Assembly: GCA_910584295.1 (NCBI GenBank)
Contig: CAJTYR010000002.1
Span: 136,930-200,929 of the forward strand
Source: an uncultured Christensenella sp.
GTDB lineage: Bacteria; Bacillota; Clostridia; Christensenellales; UBA1242
Reading direction: 5' to 3'
Length of the DNA stretch: 64,000 nucleotides
In this document: positions 25,263 through 35,617 of the stretch, one piece after another
Position numbering within the stretch: the stretch's first letter is position 1
How the letters are laid out: each line of letters begins with the position of its first letter
Made by a program: the position numbers and the translations under genes
The notes under the pieces: generated by a model
Database searches by the model: none
Told to the model about the DNA's origin: nothing
The model's input: the letters and a program-made list of their open reading frames with translations, nothing else

Positions 25263-28200
25263 ATGTTTGAACTTAATAACTTTGAAAAAATAAAGATTGG
25301 TATTGCTTCTCCAGAGAAGATCAGAGAATGGTCTCATGGTGAAGTTACAAAGCCGGAAACAATCAACTACAGAACCCAAAAACCTGAAAAAGATGGTCTT
25401 TTCTGTGAAAAGATTTTTGGACCAAAGAAGGACTGGGAATGTCACTGTGGAAAATATAAGAGAATCCGCTATCGTGGGGTTGTCTGCGATAAGTGTGGGG
25501 TTGAGGTTACAAGAAGCAAAGTGCGCCGTGAAAGAATGGGGCATATTGAACTTGCATGTCCTGTAACTCATCTTTGGTATTTCCGTTCTGTTCCTTCAAG
25601 AATCGGAACTCTTCTTGACCTTACTCCAAAAACTCTTGAGCAAGTTGTTTATTATATCAACTATATTGTTACTGACCCTAAAAATACTGATTTAAGTTAT
25701 AAACAAATCTTGAATGATAAGGAATATCGTGACGCTGTTGAAAAATATGGTTATTCAGCTTTTGATGCTGGGATGGGAGCAGAGGCGATCAAAATTCTTC
25801 TTTCTCATGTTGACCTTGAAAAGGATAGTGCCGCACTTAAAGAAGAACTCAAAACTGCAAAGGGACAAAGAAAAATCAAAGCTGCAAAGAAGCTTGATGT
25901 TGTTGAATCTTTCAGAAAGAGTGGAAACAGCCCAACTTGGATGGTTTTGGATGTTATCCCTGTTCTTCCACCAGAACTTCGTCCTATGGTTCCATTGGAT
26001 GGGGGAAGATATGCAACAAGCGATTTGAACGATTTATATAGAAGAGTTATCAACAGAAACAATCGTTTGAAAAAGTTGATGGAATTGGGTGCTCCTGATG
26101 TTATTGTAAGAAATGAAAAGAGAATGCTTCAAGAAGCTGTTGACAATTTGATCGACAATGGTAAGCGTGGCAAACCTGTTCAAGGTTCAAAGCAAAGAGA
26201 TTTGAAATCGCTCACTGCAATGCTTGGTGGAAAGCAAGGTCGTTTCAGACAAAACCTTCTTGGAAAGCGTGTTGACTATTCTGGACGTTCTGTTATCGTT
26301 GTTGGACCAGAACTTAAGATGTATCAATGTGGTCTTCCAAAAGAAATGGCTTTGGAACTTTTCAAACCATTCATCATCAACAGACTTATTGATTTGAATG
26401 AATCTAACAATATTAAGAGCGCAAAACGTATGATTGAAAGAGAAAAACCAATCGTTTGGGATGTGCTTGCAGATGTTATCAAAGATCATCCAGTGCTTCT
26501 TAACAGAGCTCCAACTCTTCACAGACTTTCAGTTCAAGCTTTTGAACCTGTTCTTGTTGAAGGAAGAGCAATTAAGTTGCACCCATCTGTCTGTGCTGCG
26601 TTCAACGCCGACTTCGATGGTGACCAAATGCCTGTTCATATTCCACTTTCAATTGATGCAAGAACTGAGGCAAGAATGCTTATGCTTGCTTCCAACAATA
26701 TCCTTAAACTTGCAGATGGCGAACCTATTGTTACTCCTGCACAGGACGTTGTGCTTGGATGTTATTATTTGACACTTATCAGACCTGGCGCAAAGGGTGA
26801 AGGATCAATTTTCGCATCAAAGAATGAAGTTATCTATGCATACCAAACAAAAAATTTGGATTTGCAAGCGGAAATTGCTGTCAGACTTTCAAAAGTGGTT
26901 GACGGAAAGACATACACAAAGAGAATCACAACTTCTGCAGGAAGAATTTTGTTTAACAATATCATCCCTCAAAACTTGGGTTATGTTGATCGAAGCAATC
27001 CAGACAACATCTGTGAACTTGAAATCAACAAAGAAGTCAAGAAAAAGGATTTGGGTAAGATTGTTGCTGACTGCTATGACAAATTGGGAACAACAGAATG
27101 TTCTAAACTTGTTGACAGAATTAAAGAACTTGGATATAAATATTCAACTTTGGCATCAGTTTCTGTGAACATCTATGATATTCAAGAACCTGCTGAAAAG
27201 GCGGAGATTTTGAAAGAAGCAGATGCAAAAGTTCTTGAAAATGAAAAACTTTTGAGACGTGGTCTTATCACTCTTGATGAAAAAGTTAATGAAAACGTTG
27301 TTATCTGGAACGAAGCAACTCAACAAGTGCAAAATGCTGTTGTGAAAGATATGGACAAGTTTAACCCATTTAATTTGATGGTTGGTTCTGGCGCTCGTGG
27401 AAATGCCGTTCAGTTGAACCAAGACTGTGGTATGATCGGAATTAAAGCAACGGCATCTGGTATCAAAAATGACACTCCAATCAAATCTTCATTTAAGCAA
27501 GGTTTGTCTCCAATTGAATACTTTATTAACTCTCGTGGTTCGAGAAAAGGTTTGTCAGATACAGCGCTTAAAACAGCTGACTCTGGTTATTTGACAAGAA
27601 GACTTGTTGACATTGCTCAAGACATTGTCATCACAACTGAAGACTGTTTTGAAGATAGTGGCGAAAAGGTTAAGGGTGTTGTTGTTTCTGACCTCATCTC
27701 TGATGGTTTCGTTCAAGAAACTCTTGATGAAAGAATCTATGGAAGAGTTGCAGTAAATGACATTATTGATCCAAAAACAAAAGAAGTGATTGTTCCTGCA
27801 AACACAATGATTTCAAAAGCACAAGCTTTGGCGGTTGTGAAAGCTGGAATTAAGGAAGTAGAAATCAGATCACTTATCACTTGCCGTTGCAAGCATGGTG
27901 TTTGTGCAAAGTGTTATGGAAGAAGCATGGCTGGAAAAGATATGGTTACTCTTGGTGAAGCAGTTGGAATTATTGCTGCTCAATCAATCGGTGAACCTGG
28001 TACACAGCTTACTATGAGAACATTCCACACTGGTGGTGCTGCCGTTGCTGCCGACATCACTCAAGGTCTTCCTAGAGTTGAAGAAATCTTTGAAGCAAGA
28101 AGACCAAAAGGTGAATGTCTCTTGGCAGAGGTTTCTGGAAAAGTTAAGATCAAAGAAGATGCAAAAACTTATCAAATCACAATCATCACCGGCGAAGGCG

Positions 28201-28796
28201 ACATTGATTATGAAGTGAGAAAGCCTGCTGTGCTTAAAGTTAAGAATGGCGAAATGGTTGAGCCTGGCACACAGCTTACTGCTGGTGCAATCAATCCTTC
28301 TGACCTTCTTGTTACAAAGGGGCTTAAGGGACTTCAACAATATTTGCTTACAGAAGTTATCTCTGTTTACAGAAGCCAAGATGTTAAGGTTAATGATAAG
28401 CATATTGAAATCATCATCAGACAAATGCTTAAGAAAGTTAAGATTGAAGATTCTGGTGATACAAATCTCCTTACTGGTGATGTTATTGACATTGCCAAGT
28501 GTGAAGAAGAAAACGAAAGAGTGCTTAGAGAAGGCGGAAGACCAGCAATTGCAAGAAGAATTCTTCTTGGTATTACAAAGGCTTCTCTTTCAACTGAAAG
28601 TTTCCTTTCTGCTTCATCCTTCCAAGAGACTTCAAGAGTTCTTACTGATGCTGCACTTAAGGGCAAGGTGGACAACTTGATTGGTATTAAGGAAAATGTT
28701 ATCATCGGAAAGCTTATTCCTGCTGGAACTGGTCTTAAAAAATACAGAACAGTTGTTCCTGTCAAGGTTGAAACAAGCGAAACAGTTGCCGAATAA
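25263..28796 (+). CDS. rpoC: DNA-directed RNA polymerase subunit beta'
   Basis: Catalytic NADFDGDQM and the N-terminal zinc motif [23 protein letters not shown]; 1,177 aa. Confidence 0.98.
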   Translation: MFELNNFEKIKIGIASPEKIREWSHGEVTKPETINYRTQKPEKDGLFCEKIFGPKKDWECHCGKYKRIRYRGVVCDKCGVEVTRSKVRRERMGHIELACPVTHLWYFRSVPSRIGTLLDLTPKTLEQVVYYINYIVTDPKNTDLSYKQILNDKEYRDAVEKYGYSAFDAGMGAEAIKILLSHVDLEKDSAALKEELKTAKGQRKIKAAKKLDVVESFRKSGNSPTWMVLDVIPVLPPELRPMVPLDGGRYATSDLNDLYRRVINRNNRLKKLMELGAPDVIVRNEKRMLQEAVDNLIDNGKRGKPVQGSKQRDLKSLTAMLGGKQGRFRQNLLGKRVDYSGRSVIVVGPELKMYQCGLPKEMALELFKPFIINRLIDLNESNNIKSAKRMIEREKPIVWDVLADVIKDHPVLLNRAPTLHRLSVQAFEPVLVEGRAIKLHPSVCAAFNADFDGDQMPVHIPLSIDARTEARMLMLASNNILKLADGEPIVTPAQDVVLGCYYLTLIRPGAKGEGSIFASKNEVIYAYQTKNLDLQAEIAVRLSKVVDGKTYTKRITTSAGRILFNNIIPQNLGYVDRSNPDNICELEINKEVKKKDLGKIVADCYDKLGTTECSKLVDRIKELGYKYSTLASVSVNIYDIQEPAEKAEILKEADAKVLENEKLLRRGLITLDEKVNENVVIWNEATQQVQNAVVKDMDKFNPFNLMVGSGARGNAVQLNQDCGMIGIKATASGIKNDTPIKSSFKQGLSPIEYFINSRGSRKGLSDTALKTADSGYLTRRLVDIAQDIVITTEDCFEDSGEKVKGVVVSDLISDGFVQETLDERIYGRVAVNDIIDPKTKEVIVPANTMISKAQALAVVKAGIKEVEIRSLITCRCKHGVCAKCYGRSMAGKDMVTLGEAVGIIAAQSIGEPGTQLTMRTFHTGGAAVAADITQGLPRVEEIFEARRPKGECLLAEVSGKVKIKEDAKTYQITIITGEGDIDYEVRKPAVLKVKNGEMVEPGTQLTAGAINPSDLLVTKGLKGLQQYLLTEVISVYRSQDVKVNDKHIEIIIRQMLKKVKIEDSGDTNLLTGDVIDIAKCEEENERVLREGGRPAIARRILLGITKASLSTESFLSASSFQETSRVLTDAALKGKVDNLIGIKENVIIGKLIPAGTGLKKYRTVVPVKVETSETVAE

Positions 28797-28833
28797 TTTT
28801 AACCAATTTTGAATTGTTTGAATATTAAACAAT

Positions 28834-28859
28834 AAAAGACTGAATTCTCAGTCTTTTTT
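28834..28859 (+). terminator. Intrinsic terminator after rpoC
   Basis: Stem AGACTGA / TCAGTCT with an ATTC loop, followed by TTTTTT. Confidence 0.85.
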
Positions 28860-28907
28860 GTATTTTTCTTCTTGTATTTTAACGCAAGACATGGTATGAT
28901 AGAGATT

Positions 28908-29660
28908 ATGTTCATTATTAAAGCAGGAGTTGATTTAGATAAAACGATATTTGATTGCAATTCACCATTGTATAATTTTCTCAACCGCATTAAATTTAAC
29001 AAAAAAGACAAACTTAAATATCATGAGGTTGATAGGGATGCTGTTTGCAAGCAATCTGTGTTTAACAAAGTTTTTAAACTTCTCAATCCCAATTACTTTT
29101 TCGCTTTACCAGAAGCGGTTGAGACAATCAACGGTCTTTCTAATATTGGGTTTGAGTTTCATCTTGTTTCAGACAGACCATATATAAAACCTATTATCGC
29201 CTTAACACTTGCGAGTTTACAAAGCCATAATATCAAATATGCTAAATTGATTTTGGGTTGTTCAAACAAAGCTGAATATGCAAAGGAAAAGGGACTTGAT
29301 TATTTTATTGATAATAAAGAGGAAATTTGTCAACTTCTTGCACAAAGGACAGGTGTGAGCGTTGTTCGCGTCGAGGCGGATGTAAAGAAGGCTAACAAAA
29401 ATGTCCCAACTGATTATTTGGAGTTGTTTGGCTTTAATGAAAGACATAAGAAAATTCTTAAATCTCCAAATAATAATGGTTTAAAGAGATCAACCAATGT
29501 TCAAGTGTTTTCATCTTGGTCTAGCATTGGGGAATATTTAAAAGAGGAACAGCGTCGTAAGTTTGGGGTGAGTATTTTACGAGAGATATTTAAGAAATAT
29601 GACGCCAAAAATTTTATTGCAAAAGGCTTATGTTTGCCGGCACCACAAAAAGAAAAATAA
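28908..29660 (+). CDS. HAD-superfamily hydrolase-like protein (5'(3')-nucleotidase-like N-terminal half, basic C-terminal extension)
   Basis: Motif I is DLDKT near the N-terminus, with VSDRP as a motif II-like element and K...FIDN later. The start is uncertain: 28908 is preferred, and 28896 (ATG) or 28872 (TTG) are possible. Confidence 0.5.
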   Translation: MFIIKAGVDLDKTIFDCNSPLYNFLNRIKFNKKDKLKYHEVDRDAVCKQSVFNKVFKLLNPNYFFALPEAVETINGLSNIGFEFHLVSDRPYIKPIIALTLASLQSHNIKYAKLILGCSNKAEYAKEKGLDYFIDNKEEICQLLAQRTGVSVVRVEADVKKANKNVPTDYLELFGFNERHKKILKSPNNNGLKRSTNVQVFSSWSSIGEYLKEEQRRKFGVSILREIFKKYDAKNFIAKGLCLPAPQKEK

Positions 29661-29708
29661 AGACGAAGGCGGAAAGCTTACGTCTTTTTAATTTTTTTAT
29701 GTTTTATT

Positions 29709-29736
29709 TTGTCGAAAATAAAAATTTTGTTATAAT
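29709..29736 (+). promoter_or_regulatory. Putative promoter for the lemA operon
   Basis: TTGTCG, a 16-nt spacer, then TGT-TATAAT (extended -10, hexamer 29731-29736). Confidence 0.5.
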
Positions 29737-29759
29737 AATTTTATAGGAGAAGAAAAGAT

Positions 29760-30422
29760 ATGAGCAAAGGTAGTAAGGCTTGGATTTTTGGATTGTTTTC
29801 AGCATGTGTTGTTTTTGCTGTTTTGGGTGGGGTTATGACGATTCTCTCTATTGTGGCAGCAATTGTTTTTTTTGCACTTGCAGGAATCCTTTTCATTTTT
29901 GCACTGATGGTTGTTATTCTTTATAATCAAATGGTTACATATCGAAATAAAGTTAAAGAGAGTTTGGCACTTATTGACATTCAACTGAAGATGAGATTTG
30001 ATCTTATTCCTAATTTGGTGGAAAGTGTTAAGGGCTATACAAAGCACGAAGAAAAGGTTTTCAAATCTATTGCAAGGCTTCGCAATTTGGCGATGAAATC
30101 AACTGATGAAAAAGAAGTTTTGGAATATGCAAACAAATCCGTACCTATGATGAAAAGTATTATTGCAATTGCTGAGGACTATCCAGAACTTAAGAGTGGT
30201 ATGCTTTTTCAAGATTTGATGAGTCAACTTTCTGATGTTGAAGATAGAATTGCTGCATCAAGAAGAATTTATGACATGAATGTCAATGAGTTTAACACTC
30301 TTCTTGAAAAATTTCCAAACAATCTTTTTGCAAAGAGTTTTGATTTTGCCAGAATGGAACTTTTCAAGATTGATAGTGCTGAAAAAGTTGTGACAAAAAT
30401 CTCTTTACAGGATGAGGAATAA
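29760..30422 (+). CDS. lemA: LemA family membrane protein
   Basis: N-terminal TM segment, then YNQMVTYRNKVKESLALIDIQLKMRFDLIPNLV, the characteristic LemA core. Confidence 0.88.
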   Translation: MSKGSKAWIFGLFSACVVFAVLGGVMTILSIVAAIVFFALAGILFIFALMVVILYNQMVTYRNKVKESLALIDIQLKMRFDLIPNLVESVKGYTKHEEKVFKSIARLRNLAMKSTDEKEVLEYANKSVPMMKSIIAIAEDYPELKSGMLFQDLMSQLSDVEDRIAASRRIYDMNVNEFNTLLEKFPNNLFAKSFDFARMELFKIDSAEKVVTKISLQDEE

Positions 30423-30424
30423 TT

Positions 30425-31372
30425 ATGATTTCAAGAGAAGAATTTGCACAATTTAAAAAAGATCTTTTCACTGGTGAAGAGAAAAGAAAATACAAAGATG
30501 TGACAAAGAAGACCAGAATAATTCGATTGATACTTTGTTCTGTTTTTGTGGTGATTGGTGTTTCAGTTTTGGTATCAACACTTATAGGTTTTAATCACAC
30601 CAGTTCGGGAGATATGATGACAGTGACTGTTGTTCCCATGATATGTTTTGCAGGTTTTGTTTTGACCATTGTTTTCACTAATTATTACAAGTCTAAAAAA
30701 CTTGAAGAATTGCGAAAAGTAAAATTGCCAAAGACGCTTGAGTTTTTGGTGGGGGATGGGTTGAATGGATTTTCATTTAATTCTTCTTTGAGTGAAGATG
30801 AGTTTAAAAGTTCTGGTTTTTGCGGTTCTTATGATGATTTTAGAGGTGAGGATCTGATTGACATCGACATTCCAAAGCGTAATGGCAAAAGATCTGGTGT
30901 GTCTTTTAAGGCTTGTGACTTGCATGTGACAGAGAGACATACTGACAGTGATGGTGATACGCATGATGTTACGGTTTATTCTGGGAGTTTTTGTGCTGTT
31001 CATTTTCCAAAGGAATTTAAGTGTAAACTTACCTTGAATTGCAGTGTGAGTGGCGTGAAAAAGTTTAAATTGGAAGATGTTTCTTTCAACAAAGAGTTTC
31101 AAGTTTTCACGGACAACAAAGTGGAGGCTCTTTGCATTTTGACCCCAACTATGATGCAAAAAATTATCAAACTTAATAAAAAAGTTAGAAACTTTAAGAT
31201 TTCAATTTTTGATAACCATCTTTTCCTTGGTTTTGTTGGCTTCAATTTGTTTGAATTTGGGACATCAAAAGAAGGTCTTAATGAGAAGATGTTTGATGAT
31301 ATCTATGATGATGTGGAGTTGTTACTTGCAATTATTAATGAATTGAAAAGTAACAAAAATTTTAAGGTTTAA
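30425..31372 (+). CDS. DUF3137-like membrane protein (LemA partner)
   Basis: Two N-terminal TM helices followed by a soluble domain of about 220 aa. The start is 2 nt after the lemA stop. The family assignment is from memory of the LemA-DUF3137 pairing. Confidence 0.5.
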   Translation: MISREEFAQFKKDLFTGEEKRKYKDVTKKTRIIRLILCSVFVVIGVSVLVSTLIGFNHTSSGDMMTVTVVPMICFAGFVLTIVFTNYYKSKKLEELRKVKLPKTLEFLVGDGLNGFSFNSSLSEDEFKSSGFCGSYDDFRGEDLIDIDIPKRNGKRSGVSFKACDLHVTERHTDSDGDTHDVTVYSGSFCAVHFPKEFKCKLTLNCSVSGVKKFKLEDVSFNKEFQVFTDNKVEALCILTPTMMQKIIKLNKKVRNFKISIFDNHLFLGFVGFNLFEFGTSKEGLNEKMFDDIYDDVELLLAIINELKSNKNFKV

Positions 31373-31514
31373 ATAAGAAAGAGGATAATTTTATATATTT
31401 CCTCTTTTTTTATTGAAAAATGTTGACAAAATATGATGGATGAGTTATTATAATTACGAAATTACATAATTACATAACAGATGCGTTACTATTTATAAGA
31501 TAAGGAGGAGAGAA

Positions 31515-32021
31515 ATGGAGAAAGAAAACCAGCTTTTGAAAAAAATCGAAGAAATTGAATCTCGGCTTGAAAAACTTGAAGAAATAAAAAGCGATTCAAA
31601 GAATTTAAAAGAGAAGACAACCATTGACAAGACTGCACAAATGCAAGTGGGGATGCTTTCCTATTGTGGGAAGTATGAATCTCCAGACGGAGAAATTTCT
31701 GCCAAATTTGCGGGGGATGTTTATATTCCAAACTTCTTAAAAATCAACTCAAGAGATCTTGCTCAAGTTATTGATGCATTTTCAAGTGAAGATCGAATTG
31801 ATATTGTCAAATTGCTTTTGAAAAAAACATTGACTGCAAAAGAGATTATGGAAATTTTAAATTTTCCAACAACTGGAAAGGTTTACCACCACCTTTCATT
31901 TTTGGAAAAGTTGGGAGTGATTTCAAAATCCAATGAAAAATTTTCAATCTCTGGCAAGTATATTTCTTGCATCGTATTTATGATGTTGGGCGTTTCAAAA
32001 ATTATTGAGGAGGGAAGATAA
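31515..32021 (+). CDS. ArsR-family winged-helix transcriptional regulator with an N-terminal coiled-coil extension
   Basis: The C-terminal half reads DRIDIVKLLLKKTLTAKEIMEILNFPTTGKVYHHLSFLEKLGVI. Confidence 0.65.
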   Translation: MEKENQLLKKIEEIESRLEKLEEIKSDSKNLKEKTTIDKTAQMQVGMLSYCGKYESPDGEISAKFAGDVYIPNFLKINSRDLAQVIDAFSSEDRIDIVKLLLKKTLTAKEIMEILNFPTTGKVYHHLSFLEKLGVISKSNEKFSISGKYISCIVFMMLGVSKIIEEGR

Positions 32022-32022
32022 A

Positions 32023-32973
32023 ATGAATAGAGTGAAAATAGGTATTGATAAAAAGACTGAACTTATGGGCGTGCTTTTGTATGTATCAAATTATAGAAAA
32101 GAATTTCCAAATTTGATAAATTATAATCGTGATATAGAATATATTAATGAAATTTACAAGAGCTTTTCATCTTTTTCAAACCATAAAACCATTGAAATTT
32201 TAAATCAAGTTATTGAGAAATGTAATTTTTGTTATGATGCTCCTTATGTGCTTATCACCCAACTTAATGAAGATTTTTCGGTTGGAAAGCTTTTGGACTA
32301 TCCATTTAAGTCAAGGCTCAAATCAAATCCTATTGTGATTGAGTTTTTGAAGTCTGTGAAAGACTTTGTGAAAGAAAGTGGATTTGAAAATTTTTTTGAA
32401 TTTCACAAACCTTTGTATGAAAAGTGGATTCAAGAGTTTTCTTCTAAATTTAAAATGGATTCTTTTGAGCGTTTTGAAGAATTTTTTCATATAGAAGATG
32501 GTAAGAACTATTTTATTAATCTGCTCCCAACCACTGCGCATAAGGGGATGTATTACGATTTTCGAGATGAGAAAAATTATATCATTCATTTCAGAAATCG
32601 TCAGCAAGATGCTATCAAATTTGATGGAAACGGCAACACTTCAAGCATTTTTTGCACCTTTGCAATGTCATTTTTAAGAGAAACTATTGAAAAAGAAAAA
32701 TTGCAAGTTCCAATGGCGAAAGATTTTGAGGAAATTTTGAAAACAAAGTACACGCCAAGCACAAACTTGCAATATATGTGTGGAGAGATTGCTGCGGTGT
32801 TGGAATGCATCTTTCATGATGAAGTTTGTCAAAATGGAGAGAAAAGAGATTTAAAATATGTGTATTCATGCAATTATGAGCGTGTGAAAAAAATTCATGA
32901 TATTTTTCAAAAGTGGAGAGTTGGCAAATCTCAGTTTACTGATTGTCTGCAAAAAGCACTATATTTATTTTAG
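32023..32973 (+). CDS. Hypothetical protein (possibly DUF4932-like)
   Basis: The ATG at 32023 lies directly after the upstream stop and follows RBS GAGGAGGG. No catalytic motif was recognised. The family guess rests on the N-terminal pattern TELMGVLLYVSNY...Y...F..FSNH. Confidence 0.35.
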   Translation: MNRVKIGIDKKTELMGVLLYVSNYRKEFPNLINYNRDIEYINEIYKSFSSFSNHKTIEILNQVIEKCNFCYDAPYVLITQLNEDFSVGKLLDYPFKSRLKSNPIVIEFLKSVKDFVKESGFENFFEFHKPLYEKWIQEFSSKFKMDSFERFEEFFHIEDGKNYFINLLPTTAHKGMYYDFRDEKNYIIHFRNRQQDAIKFDGNGNTSSIFCTFAMSFLRETIEKEKLQVPMAKDFEEILKTKYTPSTNLQYMCGEIAAVLECIFHDEVCQNGEKRDLKYVYSCNYERVKKIHDIFQKWRVGKSQFTDCLQKALYLF

Positions 32974-32983
32974 AAAACGAAAG

Positions 32984-33015
32984 AAGCGAAGACATTTTCT
33001 TCGCTTTATTTTTTG
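32984..33015 (+). terminator. Intrinsic terminator
   Basis: 9-bp stem AAGCGAAGA / TCTTCGCTT with a CATTT loop and a T-rich tail. Confidence 0.8.
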
Positions 33016-33354
33016 TAGTATGCTTTTTTGCAGTTTTTGTGAGATGAACTTCTGTAATGGTTTTGCTTTGATAATTTGTCACCACCTTTAACCTTTTGCA
33101 TTTTTTAAGCATGGTTTTATGTGTAAAAAGTCGTGACCAGTTGGTTTATTTTTATAAAGCTGCTTTGCGTAATTATAAAAGAGTTTGAATTTTTTCGTCA
33201 TATTTTATCAAATTTATTTTGACAATTTTCATCATTTAAGTCTAAATAAATTGCTTTTTTAGACATTTTTCGCTCTTTTTCTTGTGGTTTAAGCATCTTT
33301 TTTATATAATAATATTGAAAAAATTACAAAGGTTAAATTATATGAGTATTTTTT

Positions 33355-34413
33355 TTGAATATTTTATTTTTAATTCTCGGAATGGGGCTCTTGATTAAGG
33401 GGGCGGACTTTTTTGTTGAAGGAGCAAGTGCGGTTGCAAAGAGATTTAAAATTCCAGCAATGTTGATTGGTCTGACAATTGTTGCTATTGGGACAAGTTT
33501 ACCAGAACTTTCTGTCAGTCTTGCCAGTGCTTTTAAACACAATGTTGACATGTCAGTTGGGAATGTTATTGGTTCAAATATGATGAACATGCTTCTTATT
33601 TTGGGAATTGTTATGCTTATCAAACCTGTTCCAATCAAAAAATCAACAAAGAAAATTGATTTTCCATTTATGTTGGGGATTACATTTCTTTTGCTTCTTT
33701 TCAGTGCTGATGTTATTTTAAATGGCTCTGGCGAGAATGCTATATCAAGGACGGAAAGCATACTTTTCTTGCTTGTATTGGGTGTTTATATGACAACCAC
33801 AATCTTGAATGCAAAAAAAGAACATAAGCTTATGTTTGAAAATCCAGAACTTGAAAAGCAAATTGAAGAGGACAAAAAACAAGAAGAGGTAATTCAAAAA
33901 GAAGAAGAGGGAAAGAAAAAGAAGAAAAGAAAGAGAAAAGCAAAGAGGGAACTTAAAATTTGGGAGATCGTTGCTTACATTCTTTTTGGACTTGGAGCTG
34001 TTGTTTTTGGTGCAGAATGTGTATCTACGACTGCTCAATTCTTGGCACTTAAAATTGGAATGAGTGAGGCTTTGGTTGGGCTTACTGTGGTTGCAGTAGG
34101 AACAAGTTTGCCAGAACTTGCAACAAGCATAACAGCGTCAATTAAGGGTGAAAATGAAATGGCGCTTGGGAATATCATTGGCTCAAACATCTTCAACATT
34201 GCGTTGATTTTGGGGGCTGTTGGGACAATCACTCAAATTGTTGTGTCTGCAACAATCTTGTGGGATTTGCTGATTTTGACAATTTGCACTGGTATTTTCT
34301 CCTTACTTTGTATGACTTGCAAAGAAAAAACTAATCGATGGATTGGTGGTGTTCTTGTGGGAATTTATGTGGCGTATCTCACTTTTGCCATTGTGCGAAA
34401 TTATTGTTTTTAA
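33355..34413 (+). CDS. Ca2+/Na+ (CaCA, YrbG-like) antiporter
   Basis: Two alpha-repeats: GTSLPELSVSL...GNVIGSN and GTSLPELATSI...GNIIGSN. TTG start. A K/E-rich central loop separates the two halves. Confidence 0.85.
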   Translation: MNILFLILGMGLLIKGADFFVEGASAVAKRFKIPAMLIGLTIVAIGTSLPELSVSLASAFKHNVDMSVGNVIGSNMMNMLLILGIVMLIKPVPIKKSTKKIDFPFMLGITFLLLLFSADVILNGSGENAISRTESILFLLVLGVYMTTTILNAKKEHKLMFENPELEKQIEEDKKQEEVIQKEEEGKKKKKRKRKAKRELKIWEIVAYILFGLGAVVFGAECVSTTAQFLALKIGMSEALVGLTVVAVGTSLPELATSITASIKGENEMALGNIIGSNIFNIALILGAVGTITQIVVSATILWDLLILTICTGIFSLLCMTCKEKTNRWIGGVLVGIYVAYLTFAIVRNYCF

Positions 34414-34463
34414 AATAAAAAACGAACCTTTTAGTCAGTCCATTTTGAAACTAGCGGAAAAAC

Positions 34464-34505
34464 AAAGAAACCTAAACCAGAATATCGACTTAGGTTTTCT
34501 TTTTT
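34464..34505 (+). terminator. Intrinsic terminator after the antiporter gene
   Basis: Perfect 12-bp stem AAAGAAACCTAA / TTAGGTTTCTTT with a 14-nt loop and a T-run. Confidence 0.8.
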
Positions 34506-34649
34506 GTGCTTACTCTCTCTTAACTGCAAAATAAAACGAATATCTCTGCCGTTGTCATAGGTTGTCGTGAGAATAATATACTCTACAAAGCACTAGACAC
34601 TTGCCTTGACCTTGACAACAAAGAATATTCGTTTACACTAGAATAATAG

Positions 34650-34800
34650 AGAGAAGAAAACAAAAGCAAAAGAGCGGACTGCGTTTCGCTCTGCCAACGA
34701 GCCGCTCTTTTGCAACAAAGTTTATTCATAGGCGTGTGTTTGTCTGGCGAGGCGAAGCCGAGCCACTTGTAAATACCAAGCACACGCCTAAATGCCAAAT
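34650..34800 (-). ncRNA. Candidate small structured RNA (unclassified; strand tentative)
   Basis: Perfect 12-bp stem 34665-34676 / 34701-34712, followed on the - strand by TTTTGTTTTCTTCTC (terminator-like). Perfect 10-bp stem 34728-34737 / 34780-34789. The island is locally GC-richer than its flanks. The only ORF here (34583-34798, -) has an implausible composition. Confidence 0.35.
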
Positions 34801-34913
34801 GACATTGTTCTTCACTTAATATAAGTTTAAAAAATCAAAATAATTAACCAAAATATATACACAATAGCAAAAAATTTTGGTATAATAAAATTATAGGACT
34901 GGTATTTACTAAT

Positions 34914-35528
34914 ATGGATAATGAACCAAATAATAATGAAAAACCTACTAACCAAAATTTGAATGATGAGTATATTGATATTAACGAAAATAAAAATGGT
35001 ATCAATAGACAATTTTCAGAAGCAAGATTTCTTGGAAGGCAGTGGCTAAATATTTTTAAAACACAAACACCTAGTACAATTTTAGGTGGAATTATTTTTA
35101 TTGCAAGTTTATTTTTAATGCCATATTATACAGAAAAATATTTTAAAATTTGGTTTAACCTTAGCACTGTTGGAATTTTTGTTGGTTTTGTCAGTGCAAT
35201 TCTAATTGCAATGATTTTTAGTAACATTTATCGTACAATTGTAATAAGAATTGCAAAAAGTGATAAAAAGGCTAATAAGACTATCGCAAAAGTGGTAGCA
35301 TCTTCCTTGCTTTCCGCTCATATCATTCAGAGTGGTGGTGATATGTTTGGATCAAGAAAAGTTTTGCGTACAACTTACAAAGTAAAGCTAAAGGTTGGAA
35401 ACAAAACTAGCATTGCATATAGTAAAAATCGTTATTTTAATCCCAATGAAGAAGTTGAAATTATGTATAACCCAAAACGACACGGACATTGCATTATCTT
35501 GACAAAAGAAGAAAACACAAAAAAATAG
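34914..35528 (+). CDS. Hypothetical membrane protein (two TM helices, N/K-rich N-terminus, beta-rich C-terminal domain)
   Basis: 204 aa with TM segments around ILGGIIFIASLFLMPY and VGIFVGFVSAILIAMIF. No family was recognised. Confidence 0.55.
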   Translation: MDNEPNNNEKPTNQNLNDEYIDINENKNGINRQFSEARFLGRQWLNIFKTQTPSTILGGIIFIASLFLMPYYTEKYFKIWFNLSTVGIFVGFVSAILIAMIFSNIYRTIVIRIAKSDKKANKTIAKVVASSLLSAHIIQSGGDMFGSRKVLRTTYKVKLKVGNKTSIAYSKNRYFNPNEEVEIMYNPKRHGHCIILTKEENTKK

Positions 35529-35536
35529 AAAAAACA

Positions 35537-35568
35537 AAAAATCACAAAACTTAGCTTGTGATTTTTTG
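35537..35568. terminator. Intrinsic terminator, usable from both strands
   Basis: Stem AAAAATCACAA / TTGTGATTTTT with an 8-nt loop, flanked by A- and T-runs. It sits between the 34914 gene (+) and the tRNA (-). Confidence 0.7.
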
Positions 35569-35617
35569 TTTTATTTTGCTAGTTTCAAAATTCAATGACC
35601 TTAAAGTTCGTTTTTTT

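Noticed and set aside
25173-25571. 132-aa - strand ORF spanning the rpoC start, plus numerous alternate-frame ORFs inside rpoB, rpoC, pnp, xfp, recJ and rel.
   Set aside because: All are nested in strongly conserved housekeeping genes and lack translation signals. They are typical long shadow frames in AT-rich DNA.
34583-34798. 71-aa - strand ORF in the structured intergenic island.
   Set aside because: It has no RBS and an odd Arg/Cys/Ser/Leu-rich composition. It coincides exactly with long perfect stem-loops, so an RNA or structural element explains it better.
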